A program made the translations under genes and the position numbers. A model generated the notes under the pieces. The model saw nothing but the letters and a program-made list of their open reading frames with translations. It was not told the origin of the DNA and did not search any database. DNA of 64,000 nucleotides from Octopus sinensis (Eukaryota). The DNA is taken from assembly GCF_006345805.1 (NCBI RefSeq), contig NC_043002.1, positions 83,266,001 through 83,330,000 of the forward strand, given 5' to 3'. This document shows, in pieces, positions 22,749 through 46,734 of the stretch (its first letter is position 1; each line of letters opens with the position of its first letter).

Positions 22749-24289
22749 AATCAAATTCATTGTTTTAAAAATATAAAAGTAATTGTTATTTACACTATAA
22801 ATGTAGTTTTATATTTGTCCTTGAGGTTGTTGCCGGCGGTACGATTATGTTAAAAGTTGTACTGGGTTATATTACCAGTAGCATGGGAGTAGGGCGGTTT
22901 TGGGACACCTTGCTGGAGGTAAAACACGACCCACCAAAGGCTGGATAAACTCAGAAGAGTGAGTGGTCATCCAATTGCGTTATATGATATATATATATAT
23001 ACGTAACAATAAAATTTTTAGTTGAAGTCGAGAGTCACTGACTGCAGCGGGAGAAATTGGTTGGTAAATAATATTATGAAATGTCGGAGTCAGCAGTTGT
23101 AACGATAAAACTTTGTTATAATCGCATACTGTAGGATGTGAAAGACGAACAATGCATAAAGTTTTAAGGAAATAAAATTCACGTCCTAGACGATGGTGAG
23201 GAAATTGCATTGGAATAGCCACTCTGACTCTTGGGGCTTGTACTTGCAGATAGTCATCTCCGCCCTGATGGCAGTGAGCAAGGATATGTTCTGGGGCCAA
23301 GAGTGCCGGAGGTGTACACTGTCACCGGTTCGACCAAGAACCTATTTCTTTACTACCCACAAGGGGCTAAACACAGAGAGGACAAACAAGGACAGACAAA
23401 CGGATTAAGTTGATTATATCGACCCCAGTGCGTAACTGGTACTTATTTAATCGACCCCGAAAGGATGAAAGGCAAAGTCGACCTCGGCGGAATTTGAACT
23501 CAGAACGTAGCGGCAGACGAAATACTGCTAAGCATTTCGCCCGGCGTGCTAACGTTTCTGCCAGCGAACCTTGTCGGTGAACGACAAATACTTTGACAGT
23601 TTGTTTTTCTCAACCTGATGAGCACGGAGGCTGGGTTGGTACCTGAACCACACCAAGTTGTCACTGGAAATATCCCAACGTGGTATCCCAGATGAGGGGT
23701 CTACCTCCATGGAAAATAGAAATTCTCTTTCGTCAATGAACACACACCACACGTATGTATAGAAAATGGATGCAAGAGCTGCCTGTATTATTTTGTTTCT
23801 TGGCGAATAATTTCTTTTTCTTTAAATTGCAGAGGAAGTTTATTACACACAGTCCTCGCATTCCTTTTAATAATCCTTTTTTTTTCTATACATATATGAC
23901 ACATAGTTTAATAACATATATAGTTGAAAATCCTCTTGACCACATCCCCCTTTAGGGCCTCCCATCTTCTGCCATCGCTGTCTTGTACTGTTCCTACTTG
24001 TATCTCTTTCCCACTGCTGAAACACGCTAAGGTCATAAATTAGGTCTCCCCACGACATACATCATTAACATCTCATCCTTTGACTCCGGATAATTGTCTT
24101 GTATCTACTTAATATAATCTTTTCACTTTAAGTTGTTGCGCACATTTTTGCTGTTGTGTGGTCAAATATATCGTTATTCCATTGGATGAATTTTGGTAAC
24201 ATTGGTTCTCCCGTCACTGTTTGACACATCGCCCAGCATACAACTAGACAAACCGTTTTGCTATATGCAGCACTGCTCGCTGTATCACT

Positions 24290-24780
24290 TCCTCCTCCTC
24301 CACTTCAACTTTCTCCTCCTCTACTTCAACTTCCTCTTCCTCATCCCCTTCCTCATCCCCTTCCTCATCCCCTTCCACTTCCTCTTCCACCTCCACTTCC
24401 TCCTCCTCCTCCTCCTCCTCCTCCACCTCCTCTTCCACCTCCACTTCCTCCTCCTCTTCCACCTCCACTTCCTCCTCCTCCTCCTCCTCCTCCTCCTCCT
24501 CAACTCCCTCCTCCACCTCCTCTTCCACCTCCTCCTCCTCCTCCTCAACTCCCTCCTCCACCTCCTCTTCCACCTCCTCAACTCCCTCCTCCACCTCTTC
24601 CACCTCCTCAACTCCCTCCTCCACCTCCTCTTCCACCTCCTCCTCCTCAACTCCCTCCTCCACCTCCTCTTCCACCTCCACTTCCACCTCCACTTCCTCC
24701 ACTCCGTCCCCTCCTCTTCCCCCTCCTCTTCCTCCACTCCATCCCCTCCTCTTCCCCCTCCTCCTCTTTCCACTTCACTT
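24290..24780. repeat. Cryptic trinucleotide (CCT/CTT/CAC) polypyrimidine array
   Basis: ~490 bp of almost pure C/T with sparse A; recurring higher-order unit CTCAACTCCCTCCTCCACCTCCTCTTCCACCTC. Confidence 0.95.
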
Positions 24781-25099
24781 TCGTCTTCTATTCGTTTTTC
24801 CTCCTATCTTTATACGTATCCACACACTTGATTTACCCCTCACCCACATAATATCTTCCCCATATACACACTTTCAATTTTTTCCTTTTTTATTTCCTCC
24901 CGATATTTTCCTAACAACAAGCTCTAAAAGTTGATGCAAGTTTGATGAAGTGCCTCTCCAATGCCTAAAACTGCAAATATTATGTGATTTTTCTTTTAGA
25001 ATTTTTGTGTAAACTAGCATTGTAAATGGAGATGGTACAGAAGCATTAGTAACTTATAATTAAAGATGTGTTAAAGAATTTTCTTCGTCTTCTTTTCAT

Positions 25100-25142
<43 letters not shown>

Positions 25143-25144
<2 letters not shown>

Positions 25145-25434
25145 TGGAGGCACAATGGCCTAGTGGTTAGGGCAGCGGACTCGCAGTTGTAGGATCGATT
25201 CTCAGACCGGGCGTTGTGAGTGTTTATTGAGCGAAAACACCTAAAGCTCCACGAGGCTCCGGCAGGGGGTGGTGGCGATCCCTGCTGTACTCTTTCGCCA
25301 CAACTTTCTCTCACTCTTTCTTCTGTTGGCCTGCTCGCTTAGCCAGCGGGGTGGCATCATTTGAAGGCTAAAACAATGCGAAGCGCATTGTGACCAGCAA
25401 TGTGTAGCAACATCTGATAGCCTGGTCCGTCACG

Positions 25435-25438
<4 letters not shown>
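25143..25438 (+). mobile_element. tRNA-derived SINE family D
   Basis: GGAGGCACAATGGCCTAGTGGTTAGGGCAGCGGACTC head, inserted in (TA)n; second copy on - at about 57255-57443. Confidence 0.8.
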
Positions 25439-25483
<45 letters not shown>

Positions 25484-25865
25484 CAGGGTTACAAAAATAG
25501 TGTATGCAGCTCTTACAAAAAAGATGACATGGTCACTGTAAGAACGCCTTTCATCATAGGTCTTGCTCTATCAGATGTGTATGACAAGTTAACTAAAGGC
25601 GAATAATTAAAAAATTTAGATGTTACTATATTTAGAAGCAGTTCAAAGTTTTTTCCTTGCTACCTGAGATCAAATTGAAAAGGGTGCAGGAGTGGTTGTG
25701 TGGTAAGTAGCTTGCTAACCAACCACATGGTTCTGGGTTCAGTCTCACTGCGTGGCACCATGGGCAAGTGTCTTCTACTATAGCCTCAGGCCAACCAAAG
25801 CCTTGTAAGTGGATTTGGTAGATGGAAACTGAAAGAAGCCTGTCGTATATATATATATGTGTGTG

Positions 25866-25899
<34 letters not shown>

Positions 25900-27104
25900 C
25901 GTGTATGTATGTATATGTGTGCATGTATGATTGTGGGTCTGTGTTTGTCCCCACACTATCGCTTGACAACCGATGCTGGTGTGTTTATGTTCCTGTAACT
26001 TAGCAGTTTGGCAAAAGAGACCAATAGAATAAGTGCTAGGCTTGCAAAGAATAAGTCCTGGGGTCGATTTGTTTGACTAAAAGGCGCTGCTCCAGCATGG
26101 CCACATTCAAATGGCTGAAACAAGTAAAAGAATAAAAGAACTAAAGTTATCCAAGCAATTAGTACACAGAACTCCTTCTGGGTGAGGTTTAAAATCTAAA
26201 AACAGCAAACAAGAGAAATAACTCTAATATGCTGCAGTGGTTGAAATATTTTGGACAATGCAGAGTGTAGTAGATCTTATGTTCAAACACCAACTAGTGG
26301 AAGTGAAGGACAGGTTTCTGTCTTATTAAAACTTCTCAGCAAAGAATATTTTACTGAGCTAGCAAGACTCATAAGTTGGTAGCAGCTGATAAAACCTGTT
26401 GGTTTGATATCTAGCATTACTTCGGTGTCATCTACATAGCTGCTGAGTGGCACCAGTTGTATACATTTTTGTTTTATATCTAAGAATATTATGAGAAATG
26501 AAAGGGATCTCAGAATTGTGTCTTGTTATACTCAGTTTATTACAACAGACCTTTTGGTTATGGTTCAGTTGGCAGCTATCATTTGATTTCAGTCTTTCAT
26601 GAAATCAGAAAACCAAATGCCCAGCTTTTTTTATCATGCCAATGTTTTACTGTTTATGGCATAAAATTCTGCATTTGATCATGTGAAAGACTTTAGTACA
26701 GTGATTTCCAACCTATCCCCCCCCCCCAAGCTCCACTGTAACTTTCCACAAAAATGTTTGCCCCACTGGTAAAATATCCTTAAAGGAATATGCATAGTAA
26801 GACTTTAGAATAGCGCTATACTGTAGCAAACAGTTTATACACAGTATGCTTGGCTGGAGGGATTGATTTGAGCTATAGCTGTAGTAAGCTGAGTATGGGT
26901 ATAGTATTGTTACGGAGGCAAGAAAAAGGTAAACAAACAGAAAACATTATGCCCCTTGTTCCATTAGCTGGAATTGAACCGGTGCTGCAGTTGTTCAGGA
27001 CAATGGTATTTCCTTTGTCCCGTCAAGACCACGATTATTAATGATCCTAGGCAGTGAACTATGATCCTAACATGGTCACGGAAAGTTTAAAAAAATAAAA
27101 ATGC

Positions 27105-27913
27105 TGTGACAACGTTATATATACGAGAGGCATTAAGTTAGTTAGTCAGTTGACGAGAGTCAGTCAGCCAGACTGTGAGCGGAGCGGATAAGGGAGTGAG
27201 ATGGAGATGGTGGAGTCGGCGAGAGGCCACGACAAAGATGACAAGCGTGGTCTGGAGAAAGACAGACAGTGAATGTGAGAAATGACAAGCGAGAGGAAGT
27301 AAGGAAGATGACAGTGAGAGACATTTTGAACTCGGTCTGATATAGTGGGAGTTTTTGTGATGATACAGGGAGTGTTGCAGACGAGGAACATGTGGTAATG
27401 TTTATTTGTGTTTTGAATTTCGATGTTTAACTGTTTCAAAAAAGAAAGGGAAAGAAAAGAGAAAGGAAAAACGTGTTGTGGGCTGTTTTCAAAAGAAAAG
27501 AAAAGGAAGAAAAAAAGAGAACTTGGAGACTGTTGATTGTGAACTTTGTGCTAAATGTAAACAAAACGATTGTCTTGAAAAAAAGACCGAACTGTATTGA
27601 GTCAAATGTTGAATGATTTGTGTTTTTTCGAACTCTGTATTATGTTTGAATGCATTTGATTTGGTTTTTCGAACTCTGTATATGATTTGTCAACCTTTGT
27701 TTTGGAATGTTTTGATTTTGTTTTGAAAAAAATTGTTAAATTATGCTACCTCCACCTGCTGTGTCTCTTTCTTTGTTGTTGTGTTGGTTTCTGGCATCGT
27801 CGCCACCTTCCCCCGCTTCCTGTGGTGGATTTCCGGTTTGCTGAGTGTCGTCGTCACGACTTAGGGCCCGTGGTGGAATCGGAAGGCCTAGGGTCCTGAG
27901 TGGCGGCGTAACA
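27105..27913 (+). mobile_element. Putative solo LTR
   Basis: TGTGAC...GTAACA termini, GC-richer than the surroundings, TATA and Inr near the 5' end; no TSD found. Confidence 0.45.
27116..27152 (+). promoter_or_regulatory. Candidate core promoter (TATA at -32 plus TCAGTT initiator)
   Basis: TATATATA at 27116-27123 and TCAGTT with its A at 27148. Confidence 0.45.
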
Positions 27914-28634
27914 GTATGTTTGTTGTGAAAAAAAAAAAAAAATTCACAATTCCATATTAAACTATAAATAAAAAAGAAAAAGAATTTTGGATCCCATGCT
28001 CCACCACAATTTTCCCATGACTCACTAGTGGGTGGGATTTGTCCCAGGTTGGGAATCACTGCTTTAGCGGAGTCAAGATACACAAACATCATACAATCTG
28101 CCTTTCACAGGTGAAAGAAGCTCTTTGTTTCCAATAGAAGTTACTGACAAATCCCTGAACTGCCATCACCAACCATTCTTAGTCTGGTTACTTTGTTTCA
28201 CAACACTCAGCTCCATTGCCAATTACCAAAGTAATAAAAGCTGTCAACTATTTAATCTATCAAGACCATCTCAATAGTTGAAAGTATACATTTCCTGAGT
28301 GTTCTTACTGCTAACTACTCAAATATATCTGCTATATTCAGTGTCTTTCTCTTATGTCAATCTGCTTATGATCCATTGCATCTAATGTGCATCCATAATT
28401 TATATAACAATATATACACAATATATAGTTGCTACCATTGTTTTCATTTTTATATGCATATCAAACATCACCACATCCTAGGTGGCAGCAGTTATATATT
28501 CTTTACTGAGTTTATTTCCAGATCACTCAATCCATGTCTCTGGGATACATTCCAAAGAAATGGTTTCACCTTTAGTTTCTATTTTTCTAGTCCCTTGATA
28601 TTAATTTTCTTTTTCTTTTTAGGGAATAGAAAAG

Positions 28635-41968
<13,334 letters not shown>

Positions 41969-42046
41969 TTTCTCATAGAAGTTTGCTTGGTGTTATTTCT
42001 AACACCTTTATTTTTCTATTTTTTTTTTTTTACATCTTTTCTACTA

Positions 42047-42052
42047 AATAAA
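42047..42052 (+). terminator. Candidate polyadenylation signal of FAXC copy 2
   Basis: AATAAA about 80 nt after the stop codon; positional inference only. Confidence 0.45.
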
Positions 42053-42736
42053 ACTCATTAATTAGTTGTACTGTGATCAAGTACTGAAGAATTTTGATAA
42101 ATAGCTGATACCTGTTTATATATTCTACAAATTGTTTTCCTTTCATCATGTGTTCTTAAAAATTAAAACCATTCTTGTAATGGAATTTATACCAAACTAA
42201 TTCTCAGTAAATATTTTATATTTCCTTTCAAGTGGTAAAACATTTACCAAGTTAAATCCACAGATCTTTAAAATATTAAAAAATTATTCAAAATATTAAA
42301 CCTGTTATTTTTTTGTTTGTTTTTGTTTTCTTGTTGATTGGACTCAGATCAGGTCCAACTGAACAGACTTATAATTAAGGGCATTCTAGCTTTGACCACC
42401 ACCTGTCTTTTTTTTTAAGGAAATGTAGGAATAAATTTCAAATATTCTTTCCTCATTTAAGATTGTAGGGTGTAATTTAAGAGAAATCTTACTTGCATCC
42501 GAATTTGAAACTGTTACTCTCACTTTTACTCTTACTTGTTTCAGTCATTTGACTGTGGCCATGCTGGGGCACCGCCTTTAGTCGAGCAAATCGACCCCAG
42601 GACTTATTCTTTGGAAGCCTAGTACTTACTCTATCAGTCTCTTTTGCCGAACCGCTAAGTTACGGGGATGTAAACAGACCAGCATCGGTTGTCAAGCGAT
42701 GGTGGGGGGGACAAACACAGACACACAAACATATAT

Positions 42737-42767
<31 letters not shown>

Positions 42768-42768
<1 letters not shown>

Positions 42769-42939
42769 GCGCAGGAGTGGCTGTGTGGTAAGTAGCTTGC
42801 TAACCAACCACATGGTTCCGGGTTCAGTTCCACTGCGTGGCATCTTGGGCAAGTGTCTTCTGCTATAGCCCCGGGCCGACCAATGCCTTGTGAGTGGATT
42901 TGGTAGACGGAAACTGAAAAGAAGCCCGTCGTATATATG

Positions 42940-42970
<31 letters not shown>

Positions 42971-43181
42971 TTGTGTGTCTGTGTTTGTCCCCCTAGCATT
43001 GCTTGACAACCGATGCTGGTGTGTTTACATCCCCGTCACTTAGCGGTTCGGCAAAAGAGACCGATAGAATAAGTACTGGGCTTACAAAGAATAAGTCCCG
43101 GGGTCGATTTGCTCGACTAAAAGGTGGTGCTCCAGCATGGCCGCAGTCAAATGACTGAAACGAGTAAAAGAGTAAAAAGAG
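42768..43181 (+). mobile_element. tRNA-head CORE-like SINE family B with an internal (TA/CA)n tract (representative copy)
   Basis: GGCGCAGGAGTGGCTGTGTGG..GGGTTCAGT..TTGGGCAAGTGTCTTCT head; tail GGCCGCAGTCAAATGACTGAAAC(AAGTAAAAGAG)n. Other copies at about 12985-13400, 21455-21830, 25684-26140, 29710-29990, 34410-34800, 37095-37492, 44445-44880, 52040-52455, 59019-59450 and 60135-60520. Confidence 0.9.
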
Positions 43182-43799
43182 TATATATATGACGGGCTTC
43201 TTTCAGTTTCCGTCTACAAAATCCACTCACAAGGCTTTGGTCGGCCCGAGGCTATAGCAGGAGACACTTGCCCAAAGTGTCATGCAGTGGGACTGAACCC
43301 AGAACCATGTGGTTGGTAAGCAAACTACTTACCGCACATCCACTCCTACGCCTGTTGACGAAGTTTTTAAAAAATAAGGTTTAGGCTTTAAGACAATAAA
43401 AAATATGGTTTAAGCCTTAAGTTCAAAGCAAAAATCTAAATAGAAATTACATACTTATGGATTTGTAAAACTAAAGATTATTCTTTACTGTACAGATGCT
43501 CCGTAACAATTCTCTTATGCATTTACTATTCACCCCTAATACTAATAAGGTTCACTCTTAATGTAGGGATTCACACATTGACTTCTTTTCCTTGCTATTT
43601 TCTAAACTAGTGCCTATACAGGAATGTCTTATTACATGGGCTCAGAGAAGAGGGGTCAGGAACATTTGAGATTTAGGGGACCCAAGATTCAATTTGAAAA
43701 CTAAAAATTAAGATTCATATTATTGATGTTGTTGTTATTGACTTTTTACTACTGTACAATGTGCTCAGTTCAGGTGACGAACAGATATATAATATAATA

Positions 43800-44170
43800 T
43801 AATAATAATAATAATAATAATAATGAAATTATTGTATACAGTGCTCAGGTGCACCACAACTTGTCAAAAAGCGTATAAAGCATATGCAGTAATGTACAAA
43901 TGTCTAGGAAGTGAACAGTGTATGAGTCAGATATATGCTTGCGTGTGTATGGAGGAGAGAAAATCAGGTGTAGTGTTGGCGAATCTCAGGAAGCATCGAA
44001 GTTTTGAAGGATGCAGTTCTCTGACAACTGATGCTGGCAGTTTGTTCCATGCTTCAGCAACTCTTAGCATGAAAAAGTGTTTCCAAAAGTCATGGGAGCT
44101 GTGCTGTTTTCTGACTTTGTAAACATGTCCACGGGTGTTAGACAGGTGAAGTTTGAAAAGGTGCTCAGAG
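43800..44170 (-). mobile_element. CR1-type LINE 3' end
   Basis: Minus frame LFKLHLSNTRGHVYKVRKQH..FFMLRVAEAWNKLPASVV matches the CR1/L2 TRGH..FF..RV...WN.LP motif, followed by a (TTA)n tail; a related fragment lies at about 33390-33660 on +. Confidence 0.85.
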
Positions 44171-44257
44171 TTATTGTTTGTAAGATGGTTAATAATAATT
44201 ATAAAGATATGTTGGCTGCCTGTGGAATTGCATTTTCATCACTCGTTCTCTAACTCA

Positions 44258-44293
<36 letters not shown>

Positions 44294-44677
44294 CAAATAT
44301 TTTGTCCATGTGAATGTATGTATCAATATACTCAAATGTATGTATTACTAGGTGGATAACTGGATAAAATTATAACATCCACATTCTTTCATTCTCTATC
44401 CATTCCTGCCTGCCTGTCTGTTTCTTATACACACACACATGTATACTCTTTACTCTTTTACTTGTTTCAGTCATTTGACTGCGGCCATGCTGGAGCACCG
44501 CCTTTAGTCGACCAAATCGACCCCGGGACTTATTCTTTGTTAGCCCAGTACTTATTCTATTGGTCTCTTTTGCCGAACTGCCAAGTGACGGGGACAGGGA
44601 TGTAAACACACCAGCATCGGTTGTCAAGCAATGCTAGGGGGACAGACACACACACACACACACCACACACACACACA

Positions 44678-44722
<45 letters not shown>

Positions 44723-45743
44723 TACGACAGGCTTCTTTCAGTTTCCGTCTACCAAATCCACTCACAAGGCATTGGTCGGCCCGGGGCTATAGCAGAAGAC
44801 ACTTGCCCAAGATGCCACGCAGTGGGACTGAACCCGGAACCATGTGGTTGGTGAGCAAGCTACTTACCACACAGCCACACACATATACACACACAAAAAA
44901 TTGTACATGTAAATTAATATATGCGTGTATGTATTCATACGCATGGTTGAGTTTTACGTATGTAATGAATGTGTAAGTATATACTTACATTAGTGCATTA
45001 TCTATGTATACATGTAAAGGTATCTTCCAAATAAACCAAATCAAGCAGTTTTCAAAAATATTTATTACAGTCCAGTTCACATACACTTGAACACTTGTAA
45101 ATATTTGTTACTATTCAATTAAATTTGAGATTTCAACAATATGAATAGGAATTAATATAATCTATTTATCATATATTATTTATTACTATATCATCATCAT
45201 CATTTAGCGTCCGTTTTCCATGCTAGCATGGGTTACTATATATTATTTATTATATAGTATATATAATTATTATTATTATTATTATATATAATTATTATTA
45301 TTTATTATATATGATTTATTATATAGTATATAATATATAATCTATTTATCATATATTATTTATTACTATATATTAATTATTATTATTATGTATTATATAT
45401 TATTTATTATATAGTATATATAATAATAATTATTATTATTACTATATATAATTATTATTATTATATATAATTATTATTATTTATTATTATTATTTATTAT
45501 ATATGATTTATTATATAGTATATAATATATAATCTATTTATTATACACTGGTTCAATTGACTTAGTTTCAGTATCGAAACAGAGGACATAGTGCTTAAGT
45601 TAACAAAAGCCTCTTTGCTAAAAATACAAAACCATTCTGAACTAACAAGGAAATCTCTACGTAGTTGCTATTCATTCATGAGCCATGGTAAAAATGGTTG
45701 TCTCCCATTAATGTTTACTTCAGTTTTCACCAGATGTTATATA

Positions 45744-45942
45744 TATTTCTTTACTACCCACAAGGGGCTAAACATAGAGGGGACAAACAAGGACAGACAG
45801 AGGGATTAAGTCGATTACATCGACCCAGTGCAAAACTGGTATTTTTATTTATCGACCCCGAGAGGATGAAAGGCAAAGTCGACCTCGGCGGAATTTGAAC
45901 TCAGAACGTAACGACAGACGAAATACTGCCAGCTCGCCGCCT
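45744..45942 (-). mobile_element. tRNA-head SINE family A (representative copy)
   Basis: B-box GTTCAAATTCC, core GTCGACTTTGCCTTTCATCC..GGGGTCGAT, 15-bp TSD ACCAGATGTTATATA. Other copies at about 3355-3490, 4390-4500, 20570-20725, 23343-23565, 35222-35791, 35890-36090, 38000-38320, 38915-39350, 53205-53615 and 61550-62345. Confidence 0.9.
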
Positions 45943-46734
45943 ACCAGATGTTATATAATGTAGCATTTATTTGATCTCCAAAACAAAATCACACATTGCA
46001 TTGAATTTTATTTTTGTTTTAGCCTCATGTCCAGCTTGATTGTGCTCATTTTATGACCAAATGCTTTACTTCAGATACAGATATGTTTGTAATAATGCAA
46101 CCACGTTATACAGTGTTCTGTTTATAAACTGTAATATGAAACCTGATTGGCTCATATTTCCAACAGGTTGAGCGAAGATCTTTAGTTGGCTTAAGTATTT
46201 ATATATTAGTTGTGAAAGACTTTACTTTCCCTCTTCTGAGTAAACAGTCTTTCCCATAATGTAGGTTCTAGGAATAGTTTGGAACTATGTACTCTTTGGT
46301 CAATGGTTTCACATCAACTTAATAATATTCATCATCATCGTTTAACGTCCGCTTTCCATGCTAGCATTCTCTATAATATATATCTACAATCAAAATGCAC
46401 CCACAACAAAATATAAGACATACAACCTGACCTACTAGAAGACATTAAATTAGGATGATGATGATGACAACGATACAGTTGACTGTCAACTTTTATTTGA
46501 ATTTCTGAGATAAAGAATTATTATTATCATTATTCTATATTGATATAATTCCAAACTAATTTCCTTATGGGCCTTCTTCAGGTGCCTCTTGATTCATTTG
46601 GTTTGAAATGCCAAGAACATTACTGAATGTGGTAGATATCAGAGTAAAAGTGGAGGACAGAATGGCTAAAATATCTATAAATCACCATAACAACCAAGAT
46701 GAGGGCACCGGTCTAAATAGAAACATGCGAAATA

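Larger units (their letters stand above)
26699..28061. mobile_element. hAT (Charlie-like) MITE containing an LTR-like insert
   Basis: TIRs CAGTGATTTCCAACC / GGTTGGGAATCACTG; flanks CTTTAGTA / CTTTAGCG (6/8 TSD match). Confidence 0.65.

Noticed and set aside
23615-23680. CTGATGA motif as a further hammerhead
   Set aside because: There is no stem II closing onto GAAA and no stem I complementarity.
24193-24851. Long ORFs (212, 197, 152 and 150 aa; poly-Pro, poly-Glu, Leu/His, Arg/Trp)
   Set aside because: They are by-products of a stop-free triplet repeat, with no domain or splice context.
25143-25215. tRNA gene-like sequences at SINE heads
   Set aside because: They lack a complete cloverleaf and run straight into SINE bodies, so they are not called as tRNAs.
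46560-46590. Minus-strand GCAC-CTGAAGA-AGGCC hammerhead-like start
   Set aside because: The downstream stem II, GAAAC and cleavage triplet are absent; at best it is a fragment.
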